Below are positions 31,605 through 42,159 of a stretch of 64,000 nt of DNA, piece after piece; positions within the stretch are counted from its first letter, which is position 1; every line of letters starts with the position of its first letter. The DNA is taken from contig KV454012.1 of NCBI GenBank assembly GCA_001661245.1, forward strand, positions 950,848-1,014,847, in the 5' to 3' direction. The DNA comes from Pachysolen tannophilus NRRL Y-2460. Lineage: Eukaryota. The notes under the pieces are model-generated. The model saw nothing but the letters and a program-made list of their open reading frames with translations, had not been told where the DNA came from and searched no databases. Both the position numbers and the translations under genes were made by a program.

Positions 31605-34600
31605 CAAAGACAAAAAAGTTCAACAATAAAATGAAATAAACAACGAACAAAAACAAAAAACAAAAAATTTTTTTTGTTTTTTAAAGAAACTGTCTTAGTT
31701 CGTTTGCTGATTTGTATTGAAGTTAAGTTACCGTTCAATTCAATAATACCACAATTCAAAATATAGTTGAACAATTAGGTCCATGCGACCAATCCACTGA
31801 AAAATTTGTCCAAAAAAGGAAATTGGAAAGCCGCACACGACACACACTGTTTTGGTCCGCGGCTCAACTAACCTTACTTACCCACTGATAGGACCAGAAA
31901 CCATCGATGAATTCACTAGATCATTAATCAAGTGGTTAATCAGATAGTGGATCAAGTAATAACATCTGTTGAGTGCTGAGTGTTACTGCCTTTTGGAGTT
32001 TTTTTTTCTAATTTTTTAGTTTTACTTTTTTCTTCTCTACTTTTGCCATATTTATGACTATATTATATATTTATTTATGTCCAAGCAATTAGCGAACTGA
32101 AAGCTAAAGATTTCGAAACTAAGATAAGTTCTAGATTCACTTTACGGAACAGGTGATAATATCAATATACAGAGACAGAGAGAGCCGCAGGTATTGAGAC
32201 TGAACAGACAGCTCAATTGAATTACTTATTTATATTAATTGAGAAGTAATTAATTGCATGGCCATAATTGCCCGAATTTGGTATTTTTCACTAAATATAA
32301 CTAAAACTAATTTTTACATTGTTGGAAAATGTGCATCAAATTAGAGACTAATATTAAATAAGTAAATGAACTAAGGTAAGGGATATTAAACTAAGGTTTT
32401 CAACTATATATCTATCATATATATATATAATTTACCTGAAATTTTACCAAATCATGTATGGCTCCATTTCTTTGCCGAATTTGATTTCTCGAAGGTATAT
32501 TCTCACCTTCTTTGAAGTTCAATTAAGACTGGATCAAGTAATTGAATGTTTGATTTTTTAACTATTTAATTCTTTATTTTTTTTTATTATATGCAGACAT
32601 TTGTAATGCTTCTCATAAGCTTTTAATATAGTTGCATTCAAAAACTATCATGATTACTTTAAGTCTTCTAATTCAGCTTTCATAGAAAAGTATTTTTATT
32701 TATTTATTTATTTTTTTTTATTTTAATCACGTTCAAGTAATTATTTGGTACTTAATAAAAAATGTAACTTTATGATATTCAGCGTGAATTCATTTAACCT
32801 TAACCTAAAAATCAAATCGTTTAGCATTGGTAAACCTACAATATCACGTGACCTAAAGAGTATTTTTTATCAAATGCTTTTAGTTGGGTTTAATGGTTTA
32901 CATTTATATTGAACTAGGTTATTATTATGTTGATCCAATATGGTGAAGAGAAAATATTTTTTTTTCCCATATGTAACATAAACTAATTCTTAATATGATA
33001 GGTAGACTTTTGAATTAATTTAGAGCCATGAAGCTGCTATGGCCCTGCTCGATAGAGATTTTCTTTAAAACTTCAAAAAGGTGCCAAGCAGTTTTCAAGG
33101 AGTTTAACCTATTGTTAGACGCCAAGTAATTAAATCTCACAAGAAAAGAAAGTAGAGAAAGGAAGCAATAGGCTTTTTACAGATTTTTGTGAAAAATAAG
33201 TAACCTATTTTTCCAAAATCTTTGTCACAGAGTCAAATCAAAAGAACAAGCAAAAATTTTCAGATCGAATAGAATCAAATGGAATCGATTCGAATCATCA
33301 TCATCTCTTTTTCCTTGTATCTCAAATTTTGATTTGATATAAATCAATCACTTTTGAGCGCGTCAACTTGATAACATCATTTCTTTTCCTGATTCAGACA
33401 TATATAGTATATGCGTATAATATATCTTTGATGCAAAAAGGTGTCTGCTCTTTCTCGATGGTGTACTCCTCCAGTAATGCATTAAAAAAAGCAAGGGATT
33501 TTTTTTTTTTTTTTTTTTTTGCTTCTTTGGTGATGTCAAGTACATTAAGACGTCTTTGCAAGTAGTTATGCATCCAATAAATGTTCTTGCAAAAATGATT
33601 TACTGTAGGGTCCACTCCTTTTAGTGTTCAAGTTTAATGATAATTTCCAACTATGTTCCCAAAAGAATCAAAAACTGAAAACTTTATTTCACAATTATTT
33701 GCAGCTTTACACCATATACAGCTTAATTTTCGTTCAACATTTCTAATCTTTTAACAAAATACACATAAAAAAAGAAAAAAAAAAAGAAATTTCACATTTA
33801 ATACCTTTATTAAAGTTTAACCGTACAGCTTTAAGGCAGCTTGCGGCTGTCAAACTTCAAACTGTAGTTTTCCTTAATTTTATCTTTAACAGATTTAGTT
33901 TGGCAGAGGATTAATCGGGTGAACCAGATTCTAGAAAATAAAAGTTTTTGAAACACGATTTTCAAGAAACTTTTTGGGACCTGGGTGGTACTAATTGTAT
34001 AAACTGATTGGTTGTGCAAAGGGTCTTTTCGTCGTCTACTCGTTTATATGTTCCAACAGTAGCAAATCCTTGTTCGGAAAGAACCCGACATGAGACATAA
34101 AGAATAGAGAGAGAAAAAAAAAGAAACGACAAAAAAGAAAAAAAAAAATTTAACGAAATTTTTTTTAGTCGAAAGCTTATGCGCGAACATTAATGATCTA
34201 CACTTTTTCTTGTTTTACACTATATTCGATAGTTTATGAATAAACTTTTTTTATTACTGATTCAATTTGAACAGAAAATTTCCTGATCGATAAGGCCCCC
34301 TTTGAGTAACTACAAAAAAAAAAAAAGGCAGTTAGCTGAAAAAAGAGCAACTACAAGAGGTGGAATTCTGTAAAATTACTTTATTAAGTTATTGGTTAAC
34401 AGTGTATTATTGTTAGAAATTGCTAGAAGTAAGAAGGTTTATTAAAAGCTTTCTTATTTTTTATTTCAAAATTTTTTTTTCATTTTTGTTTCTCTTTTTA
34501 CGGAACAAAAGATTATGTTTCGATGGCAACAGGGGAAAGTGTCTCCTTGCTTGAGCATGGCTTTTATTTCTTCATCATGACAAATTGCTTGCCTACAATA

Positions 34601-35186
34601 TTTAAAAAAAAAATAAAATTACGAGCTACTACATACTGGGACTCCTCTGACGTGTTGTAAAGTTGAAGTACAACTGCCTTAATGTATAATGTATGTTTAT
34701 TTTAGGAAACCATACTTCCCGCCACTTCACAAGTCTGGTAACTGAAAGGTGAAAAAGAAAAATAAAAAAAAATAAAAAAAAAATAGGTGAATCTAAGCGG
34801 CCACCGTTTCTGTATTTTGATTTTGCTTCAATTATATAACCCTGGTTGCAGAACTTCTGTCATATTCCTAGATTTAGATATGGTGTCATTTCTTAAGTTT
34901 TGTTTGTTTACGTTTAAAGCTACTCGGTTTTTTTGAAATTTGAACTGAGTGTTTCACGAATACCATACTAGATCTTTCTGAGTTTTTCAGTGATATCATT
35001 ATTGCTATTTAAAGTAGTTATGCTCAACAAATGTACCTTATACAACTTCAACCAAAAAGTGCAAGTAATTTATTTTAGACCGCTCTAGCTCAAATCAGTA
35101 TTTAAAGATCTACAGCCATCTTTTGTAGCTGTTTACATTCTTAATGCATTTTTGTTAACAACAAGCATAACTCTTGTCAAATGTTT

Positions 35187-35313
35187 CCCGAAACTTGCAT
35201 CAAATTTTTGCTTATTGGTCCATAAAACACGTACACGAAAGCTTTCGTTTGTATCTAAGTATTAAACAAATATGCATAGTTATGCACGGTTACGCATAAA
35301 AATTTTCACGAAA
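35187..35313 (+). promoter_or_regulatory. Candidate SCB (SBF-binding) cluster upstream of the cell-wall protein gene
   Basis: CACGAAA at 35234-35240 and 35307-35313, variant CCCGAAA at 35187-35193; TATA-like run near 35472. Confidence 0.4.
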
Positions 35314-35584
35314 CTTTAACTTAAATAAGCGCAACGCTTTTAAGGTTTTTCTTTTTTTTTTTTTTGCAGAATTTCAATAGAGACCAACAAACTTCTTCTT
35401 TTCACTGGCATCCGCAAAAAGAAAAAAAAACTTGGATTGCACAATTCCCGAAGCACAAAAAAATAAAAAATTATATATATAGAAAAAAAACTCGTACCTT
35501 TTTTCTTTAAGACATTTTATATTAGTTTATTCATTAATTTGTTCAAAGTCGATATAGTCTACTGGATAGGTATTTGATTTAGTC

Positions 35585-37516
35585 ATGAAGCTTCGTTTGT
35601 TTCTTCTGGCTTTGTCATTATTGACGGCAAATGCCCAAGGTTATACTATTAACATTTTTAATAGCTCTTCCTCGGCTCTCGCCCCAGCAGGTAATTCAGA
35701 GTCGGGAACAGCAACAAGTACAACTACAGTATTGATAACTTTAACACCATCATCTTCAAGCTCTTTAGTTCACTCAACTTCTCTTGGAGCAGCAGTTGAA
35801 GTCACGTCTTCTTCTGAATCTTCAGCATCAACTGTTGCCGCTGAAGGTACTTCAACAGCTTCAACTGGATCTTCAGCTTCAGCTCTTGCCGCTGAAGGTA
35901 CTTCAACAACAACATCAACTGGAACTGAATCTTCAGCATCAACTGTTGCCGCTGAAGGTACTTCAACAACATCAACTGGAACTGAATCTTCAGCTTCAAC
36001 TGTCGCTGCGGAAAGTACTTCAACAACATCAACTGGAACTGAATCTTCAGCTTCTACTGTCGCTGCGGAAAGTACTTCAACAGCATCAGGATCTTCAGCT
36101 TCGGCTCTTGCAGCTGAAGGTACTTCAACAACTGAAACTGGAGTCTTTGGAACTACAACAGTTACAATCACTTCATGTTCAAACAACCTGTGTTCCACAT
36201 CTACAGCCACAACAGGTTACACAGTTGTCACAACTACTATTTATGGTACTGAAACATCATACACAACTTACTGTCCATTAACAGCAACTGGAAGCGCTAC
36301 CGTTGCCCCAGCTTCTGTTGAGGTTGTAACTGTAACTGCAACTGAAACTACTGTCATCCCAACTACTTATGAGTCAGCTGGTTCTACTTACTCTACAGTA
36401 GCCACTACAGGTGTTGAAGTTGTCACTGTTACTATTTATGGAACAGAAACCAGTTACACTACATACTGTCCATTGACTTATACAAGTACCGTTGCTCTGG
36501 AAGCCCTGACTGCAGCAAGCACTTACACAACAGTTGTTCCGGCTTCTAGTACCACTGTTTTCACAACCACTTATAGTTCAAGTGGATCTACTTATACTTC
36601 TACTGTTACAACTGGTGTTGAAGTTGTAACTGTAACTATTGATGAAACTGTCACTATTTACACAACTTATTGTCCATTGACTGCTACTTCGGTAGTTACC
36701 AGCAGTGCTGCCAGTTCATCAAAGGCTACTGCTACTGTTGCTGCTGCTGCTACAACGGCTGAATCCGAGGAATCAGTTTACACATACACTACAACTGTTT
36801 ACGCTCCATCCACCACAGTCTTCCCAACAAGTTATTCGTCAGCAGGTACTACTCTTTCTTCAACAGTTACCACTGGTGTCACTGTTGTAACTGAAACAAT
36901 TGAAGAAGTCATCACTATTTACACAACGTATTGTCCATTATCAAAGATCTCAGTTGTTACAACCACATCAACAAGTGCTGAGCAATTCATTTACAGTGCC
37001 GGCGCATCTTCAACTGCATCTTCAACTGCTACTTTAGCGGCTGCTGAAGCAACAGCAACAGCAGCTCCTGCATCATCTTCAGCAACTGTCAAACTGACTC
37101 TGAGTAGTTCAGAAACTGAAACTACAACTGTTTCATCGGCTACAGGTGGCAGCGCTACTGCAAGTGAAGCAACAGAAAGTTCAACTAAAACTGCTGCTTT
37201 AGTTGAAGGTGGTATTATTGGTGAAAGTATAACAACTACAAGCTCAAGTGGAGCAACTGCAGAAACTTCTTCTGAAGCTTCTGCTACTGAAGCTGCTGAA
37301 GCTACCGCAACTGCAGCAACCGCTACTGAAAGTTCCACAGAAACTATCTCCACCACAGTAAGTACTTCTCCTGCATCATCATTAGTAACATCTATTTCAG
37401 GCAATTACTCCAGCTCTAGCGCAGTTGCCTCTGTTTCGGAAGGTTCGGGTGCTGTTGTTAAATCAAGCGTTTCTGCCTTACTCGGTCTCTTGGCCCTTGG
37501 ATTTTTGATGATATAA
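35585..37516 (+). CDS. Ser/Thr/Ala-rich GPI-anchored cell-wall protein (flocculin/adhesin-like repeats)
   Basis: N-terminal signal peptide; tandem ESSASTVAAE[G/S]TST repeats; TITSC....C motif and four YTTYCPL repeats; C-terminal small-residue plus hydrophobic GPI signal (EGSGAVVKSSVSALLGLLALGFLMI). Confidence 0.92.
   Translation: MKLRLFLLALSLLTANAQGYTINIFNSSSSALAPAGNSESGTATSTTTVLITLTPSSSSSLVHSTSLGAAVEVTSSSESSASTVAAEGTSTASTGSSASALAAEGTSTTTSTGTESSASTVAAEGTSTTSTGTESSASTVAAESTSTTSTGTESSASTVAAESTSTASGSSASALAAEGTSTTETGVFGTTTVTITSCSNNLCSTSTATTGYTVVTTTIYGTETSYTTYCPLTATGSATVAPASVEVVTVTATETTVIPTTYESAGSTYSTVATTGVEVVTVTIYGTETSYTTYCPLTYTSTVALEALTAASTYTTVVPASSTTVFTTTYSSSGSTYTSTVTTGVEVVTVTIDETVTIYTTYCPLTATSVVTSSAASSSKATATVAAAATTAESEESVYTYTTTVYAPSTTVFPTSYSSAGTTLSSTVTTGVTVVTETIEEVITIYTTYCPLSKISVVTTTSTSAEQFIYSAGASSTASSTATLAAAEATATAAPASSSATVKLTLSSSETETTTVSSATGGSATASEATESSTKTAALVEGGIIGESITTTSSSGATAETSSEASATEAAEATATAATATESSTETISTTVSTSPASSLVTSISGNYSSSSAVASVSEGSGAVVKSSVSALLGLLALGFLMI
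35816..36132 (+). repeat. Coding minisatellite, about six imperfect 51-60 nt units
   Basis: Repeated tcttcagc(a/t)tcaactgt(t/c)gc..ctgaaggtacttcaaca units encoding SSASTVAAEGTST and SSASALAAEGTST. Confidence 0.9.
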
Positions 37517-38451
37517 ACAGATTAAAAAAAAAAGTGATTTCATTTTTCTTTGAAATTCTTGATTCAAATAATTTTTTTCATTTTTCATGCAAATTGTATT
37601 TCTACAAAATAATACTACTAATAGGTATTAATAATGGTATGGTTAGGTTTGCTTTGCAATTGGTTGTATTTTTAGATGAAATGTTTCATTCAATTAAAGA
37701 ATTATCATCTTTACAACTTTTGTTCATTGATACCGTTTTTTTCAAACTTTTAACAAACATCTTGTAACATTACTGGCATTCCAGTTTCAATTGTCCGGTT
37801 TAATTTTCAACTATTTTCTTTACAGTTATTCCAATATATTGATTTTTATTTTTATTTTTATTTTTTTTTTTTTCACATTTGAAATCTTCTTTTTCTTGGA
37901 ATTCAAAATAACCATTTACATGATGGTTTTATTGACACAAGTCATTCCATCAACGGTGAAAAACCACTGCTACCACATTTTTCTGTTTCTTAAACTTTAC
38001 GGTTTTTGTTTCAACTTTTACTTATTTTAGACAAGTTTTTCTTTTTGTCTCTTAATAATTGTACATGCTTTTTCTTTTTCTAAACAGTTTCAAAAATCTT
38101 TTTTTTTTATTCTTTTTTCTGTTAGATAGGGAAGTTCTTTCGCTTCATACCTATTTTTTTCTTCTTTATATTTGTGCCTTAATTCATAATTTTTATAGAT
38201 GAAACAAATTATCCATTCAATAAATCGGTACTAAACATCTGTTCTGAAAATGAAAAATCTTGTAAAAAATTACATCAAGCAAACAATGGTAGTGTGTTCT
38301 GAATTAAAAAAGTTTTTTGGGTCATAATATGGTCCAGAAGAATATGAAGATGGAGATGGAGAATGGATGGGTGACTGATGTCTTTTAATGAGGTAGAGAG
38401 ATAGCGTTCTTATCTTGATGAACGTATATAGAAGTTAGATAGAGGTCGGTC

Positions 38452-38994
38452 ATGGTTCGTCTTAAGACTCGTTATATTTTATTTGAGATATTGTATCCAT
38501 TTGAAGCTTCTTCCGATAAAGTGATTCTGGAACCTGAGACTTTATTATCACTTCATCAACCTTCACCAAGTTCTATTACAAATAAATTATTGATTCAACT
38601 GGTAAGACAGTCTTTACTGGATCATTTTGGTGACTATGGAACAGGGACAGCAGGAACCTCGTTGGTGATAAAGTATTTTTCTCCAAGGACATCTACTGGG
38701 ATTTTAAGAGTCTCCAGAGATTTTTATAGGTATATATGTGCCTCTTTGATGCTTATTAAAAAAATTGATGGTAAAGATGTAATAATAAGAGTAGTGAGGG
38801 TTAGTGGTACAATCAAGAAATGTGAGATGGCAGCGATTAAAAGGAATAAGGATTTTATAAATCTGTTGAAAAAAAATGAATTAGGTGGGTTAGAACTGAT
38901 GTTTGGGTCTGCTTCTGCTTCTGTTTCTGCTGTTGATGAAGAAATTAAAAACCTGGATGCTTATATAACAGATCAGGATATAATAGAAGAATAA
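38452..38994 (+). CDS. POP5: RNase P/MRP subunit Pop5
   Basis: MVRLKTRYILFEILYP, FGDYG, KYFSPRTSTGILRV, VVRVSGTIKKCE. Confidence 0.95.
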   Translation: MVRLKTRYILFEILYPFEASSDKVILEPETLLSLHQPSPSSITNKLLIQLVRQSLLDHFGDYGTGTAGTSLVIKYFSPRTSTGILRVSRDFYRYICASLMLIKKIDGKDVIIRVVRVSGTIKKCEMAAIKRNKDFINLLKKNELGGLELMFGSASASVSAVDEEIKNLDAYITDQDIIEE

Positions 38995-39069
38995 ATATAT
39001 ATTATACAATATTGAATTTTTGTAATAGATATAATTAATACTATACATATACATAAACTACATAGATAA

Positions 39070-39440
39070 TCATTCCCATCTCGATTTTTTTTTCATAGAG
39101 CCTTGTGTTTGAAGACCAGATCTCTTCTTCCCATGATCTTCATCGTGTTCGGTAAGAGAAACTCCATCATCTTTTTCAAATTGTACAGGACCTGATCTGG
39201 CTTCTGATTTTTCAACGGGAATTGTGTTTGATTTTTTTGAAGAATCATAGTCAGTAGCACGATCCTCAGCATAACTTGCTTCATAATCCGTATTATAATT
39301 ATTATCAATTCTTGGCCTGTAAATACTATTAACCGCTTCCTGAGCAGCAAATAATGGTTTGTCATAAATTTGATCATCTGATGATTTAGCATTTGAACTT
39401 GCAGCTTTTAAAAACAATCTCGAATCAAAATGTGATTCTA

Positions 39441-39473
<33 letters not shown>

Positions 39474-40539
39474 GGTTCAGCGTTGAATTACTAGAAAACT
39501 CAACTTTATCAGAAACATCACGACCACTCTCTTTTAAGAATTTCTCTGATGGCAGATTCAATGATTGAATTTCTCTTTGAGCTCTTCCACGCCTTTGTTC
39601 TCTTAATAACTTTCTTCTTCTATAAGGATCAGAAATTGAATCACTTCCTTCAAAAGATTGCAAATTTTCAGATCTTGAATCAATATTCCTTTGTCTTCTT
39701 GCCCTATCTGCTAATTCTCTAATTTTTTGTTCTTGTTCTAATCTTTCCTTTTCTTTTAATTTCAGTTCTGCTTTTGCTCTTAATTCAATTTCTGCTCTTG
39801 CTTGTTTTTCAGCAATCTCCAATGCATCTGCTAAATTGGCAAAATTATCATTTATTTCAACATCTTTTAAATTATTACCTCCTAAATATGACATTCTCTT
39901 ATCTATTGCAATAGTATAACCTTTTTGATTTTTCCAGTTAGATATTGCTGCTGGTATATGGAAATCTTTACGATCTTGAGCTGATAATTTCTCATCTGGC
40001 TCATGTAAAATTGGTGGTGGAGGAGATGGTGGTCCTTGAGGTGTCTTTTTAACTTTAAATTTTGGAGGAAGCATTGGATCCTGCTGCTTATCAACAATTT
40101 TAATTATCCTTTGTTGTGGTGCTGTTGTCTTATTTAAAACACCACTTGGTGTATACCTAATAAAAGTCTCTCCATTTTCTGATTTTTGAGAAATACCTTC
40201 TGTCTTTGAAGAAATTATTTTATTTAATGCTTCTTGAGTCCTTCTACTATTTTCTTCAAGATCTTCATCCCCAGGCCTTAATAAGTCTTTATCACTAAAT
40301 TTACCTCTAGAAGGAATCAAATCCTTATACGAACTTTGAACAATCTGTCCCGATAAACGGCCCTGCCCCGCTATTATCAGATTATAGTCAATCACTTGCT
40401 CACTGCCATACCCATGACCATCATGACCATCATCACCATTCTCAGACAGTCTCTCAGACAGTTTCTCAGACCGTCCCAGTACCAACGCATTAGATCTATT
40501 AAATGATATATTCCTATTATTCCTATTATTCCCTGACAT
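39070..40539 (-). CDS. PRP45: Splicing factor Prp45 (SNW/SKIP family)
   Basis: FIRYTP, QQDPMLPPKFK, GPPSPPPPILH, IPAAISNWKNQKGYTIAIDKR (SNW motif), FDSRLF, YDKPLF, GPVQFEKD. Confidence 0.95.
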
Positions 40540-40605
40540 CCTCTCAACTCATTCAACCAATCTATCTCTTTTCCTTATTTTCCAATTTGTAATTTGATAT
40601 ATAAA

Positions 40606-40644
40606 CTCATCGTTATTTAGAAAAAAGAAATATAAAAATTTTTT
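40606..40644. promoter_or_regulatory. PAC-like (CTCATCG) and RRPE-like (AAAAATTTT) elements in the PRP45/NCS6 divergent promoter
   Basis: CTCATCG at 40606-40612 and AAAAATTTTTT at 40634-40644; consistent with a ribosome-biogenesis regulon gene, but short motifs in AT-rich DNA. Confidence 0.35.
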
Positions 40645-40731
40645 ATTCAAAAAAAAAAAAAGAAAAAAGAAAAAAAAAAGAAATCAAATTTAAAGAAAGA
40701 AAAGTTGAAGATAATTAAAATATTGATTTTT

Positions 40732-41997
40732 ATGGAGACTGAGAGTAAGAGTAAGAGAGAGGTTCTGAGAGAGGTTCTGAGAGAGGTTATGCCGTCCAAA
40801 ATATTATCTGATTCTAACTTGAAGGTTCCAGTAAAGAGGCCGCTTAAGGTTAAATCTTTATGTGAAGTTTGTCATGCTAGAAAAGCTGTTATGAGAAGGC
40901 CTAAGAATTTTAGCAGTTTGTGTAAAGAATGTTTTTATCAAGCTTTTGAAACTGAAATCCATAATACTATAGTTGGTAATAAGTTATTTTATTCTGGGGA
41001 GAGTGTTGCTATTGGTGCATCTGGTGGGAAAGATTCTACTGTTTTAGCTTATATAATGAAGATTTTAAATGAGAGGTATAATTATGGATTGAATTTAGTA
41101 CTTTTAAGTATTGATGAAGGTATAAAAGGTTATAGAGATGATTCTTTAGCTACTGTTAAAAGAAACCAACAACAATATGAAATGCCTTTGGAGATTGTTT
41201 CATATAAGGATTTATATTCTTGGTCTATGGATGAGATTGTTGCATCTTCTGGGATACGATCAAGTTGTACTTATTGTGGTGTTTTAAGAAGACAAGCATT
41301 AGATAGAGGTGCTGCAAAATTAGGTATAAATCATGTTGTAACAGGTCATAATGCTGATGATGTTGCTGAAACTGTTTTAATGAATTTACTTAGAGGTGAT
41401 ACTGCAAGATTAGAAAATTCCACTGCTATAATGACATCTTCTTCTGGATCTCCAATAAAAAGATCAAAACCTTTTAAATATACTTATCAAAAGGAAATCG
41501 TACTTTATGCTCATTATAAGAAATTAGATTATTTTTCAACAGAATGTACTTATGCTCCAGAAGCTTTTAGAGGTACTGCAAGACAATTATTGAAAAATTT
41601 AGAAGCTGTTAGACCAAGTTGTATAATAGATATTATACATAGTGGTGAAAATTTTAAATTAAAAGAAAAAAGGAAAAGAGAAACATTACAATACAAGAAA
41701 AATTGTCGAAATGTACAACAAATAAAAGAAGGTAATAATAAGAATATAGATAATCCAATAGAAGTTCGTTCTGATGGTTCAGTTTCAATTTTTAAAGGAG
41801 AGAAAAAATCACTGAATGGGTTTGTTGATGGTAATAGATGTGAAAAGTGTGGTTACTTATCTTCAAATAAAATTTGTAAAGCTTGTATATTATTGCAAGG
41901 TTTGGAACATAATAGAGCAAAAGTCTTGATAGATACAGACACAAGCGTTGATGGTGCTGCGGTACTTACTAAAACACTAGAGAAATTAACTTTTTGA
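40732..41997 (+). CDS. NCS6: Cytoplasmic tRNA 2-thiolation protein Ncs6/Ctu1 (start at ATG 40732 or 40789)
   Basis: CxxC pairs, PP-loop [42 protein letters not shown]-terminal [14 protein letters not shown]. Confidence 0.96.
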   Translation: METESKSKREVLREVLREVMPSKILSDSNLKVPVKRPLKVKSLCEVCHARKAVMRRPKNFSSLCKECFYQAFETEIHNTIVGNKLFYSGESVAIGASGGKDSTVLAYIMKILNERYNYGLNLVLLSIDEGIKGYRDDSLATVKRNQQQYEMPLEIVSYKDLYSWSMDEIVASSGIRSSCTYCGVLRRQALDRGAAKLGINHVVTGHNADDVAETVLMNLLRGDTARLENSTAIMTSSSGSPIKRSKPFKYTYQKEIVLYAHYKKLDYFSTECTYAPEAFRGTARQLLKNLEAVRPSCIIDIIHSGENFKLKEKRKRETLQYKKNCRNVQQIKEGNNKNIDNPIEVRSDGSVSIFKGEKKSLNGFVDGNRCEKCGYLSSNKICKACILLQGLEHNRAKVLIDTDTSVDGAAVLTKTLEKLTF

Positions 41998-42159
41998 AAA
42001 TTTATTGATCATATATATATAGATTTACAAAAATATTTAATAGATTCTTGATTTATTATGTAAAAAGACAAAAAAAAAAAAAGAAAAAAACAAACATAAT
42101 ATACATATATTAAAAACCAATTTCAATAAATTATAAGATATATACATTTTACTTCAAAA

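Noticed and set aside
35770..37404. Antisense and alternate-frame ORFs over the cell-wall gene
   Set aside because: Shadows of a stop-poor repetitive coding sequence.
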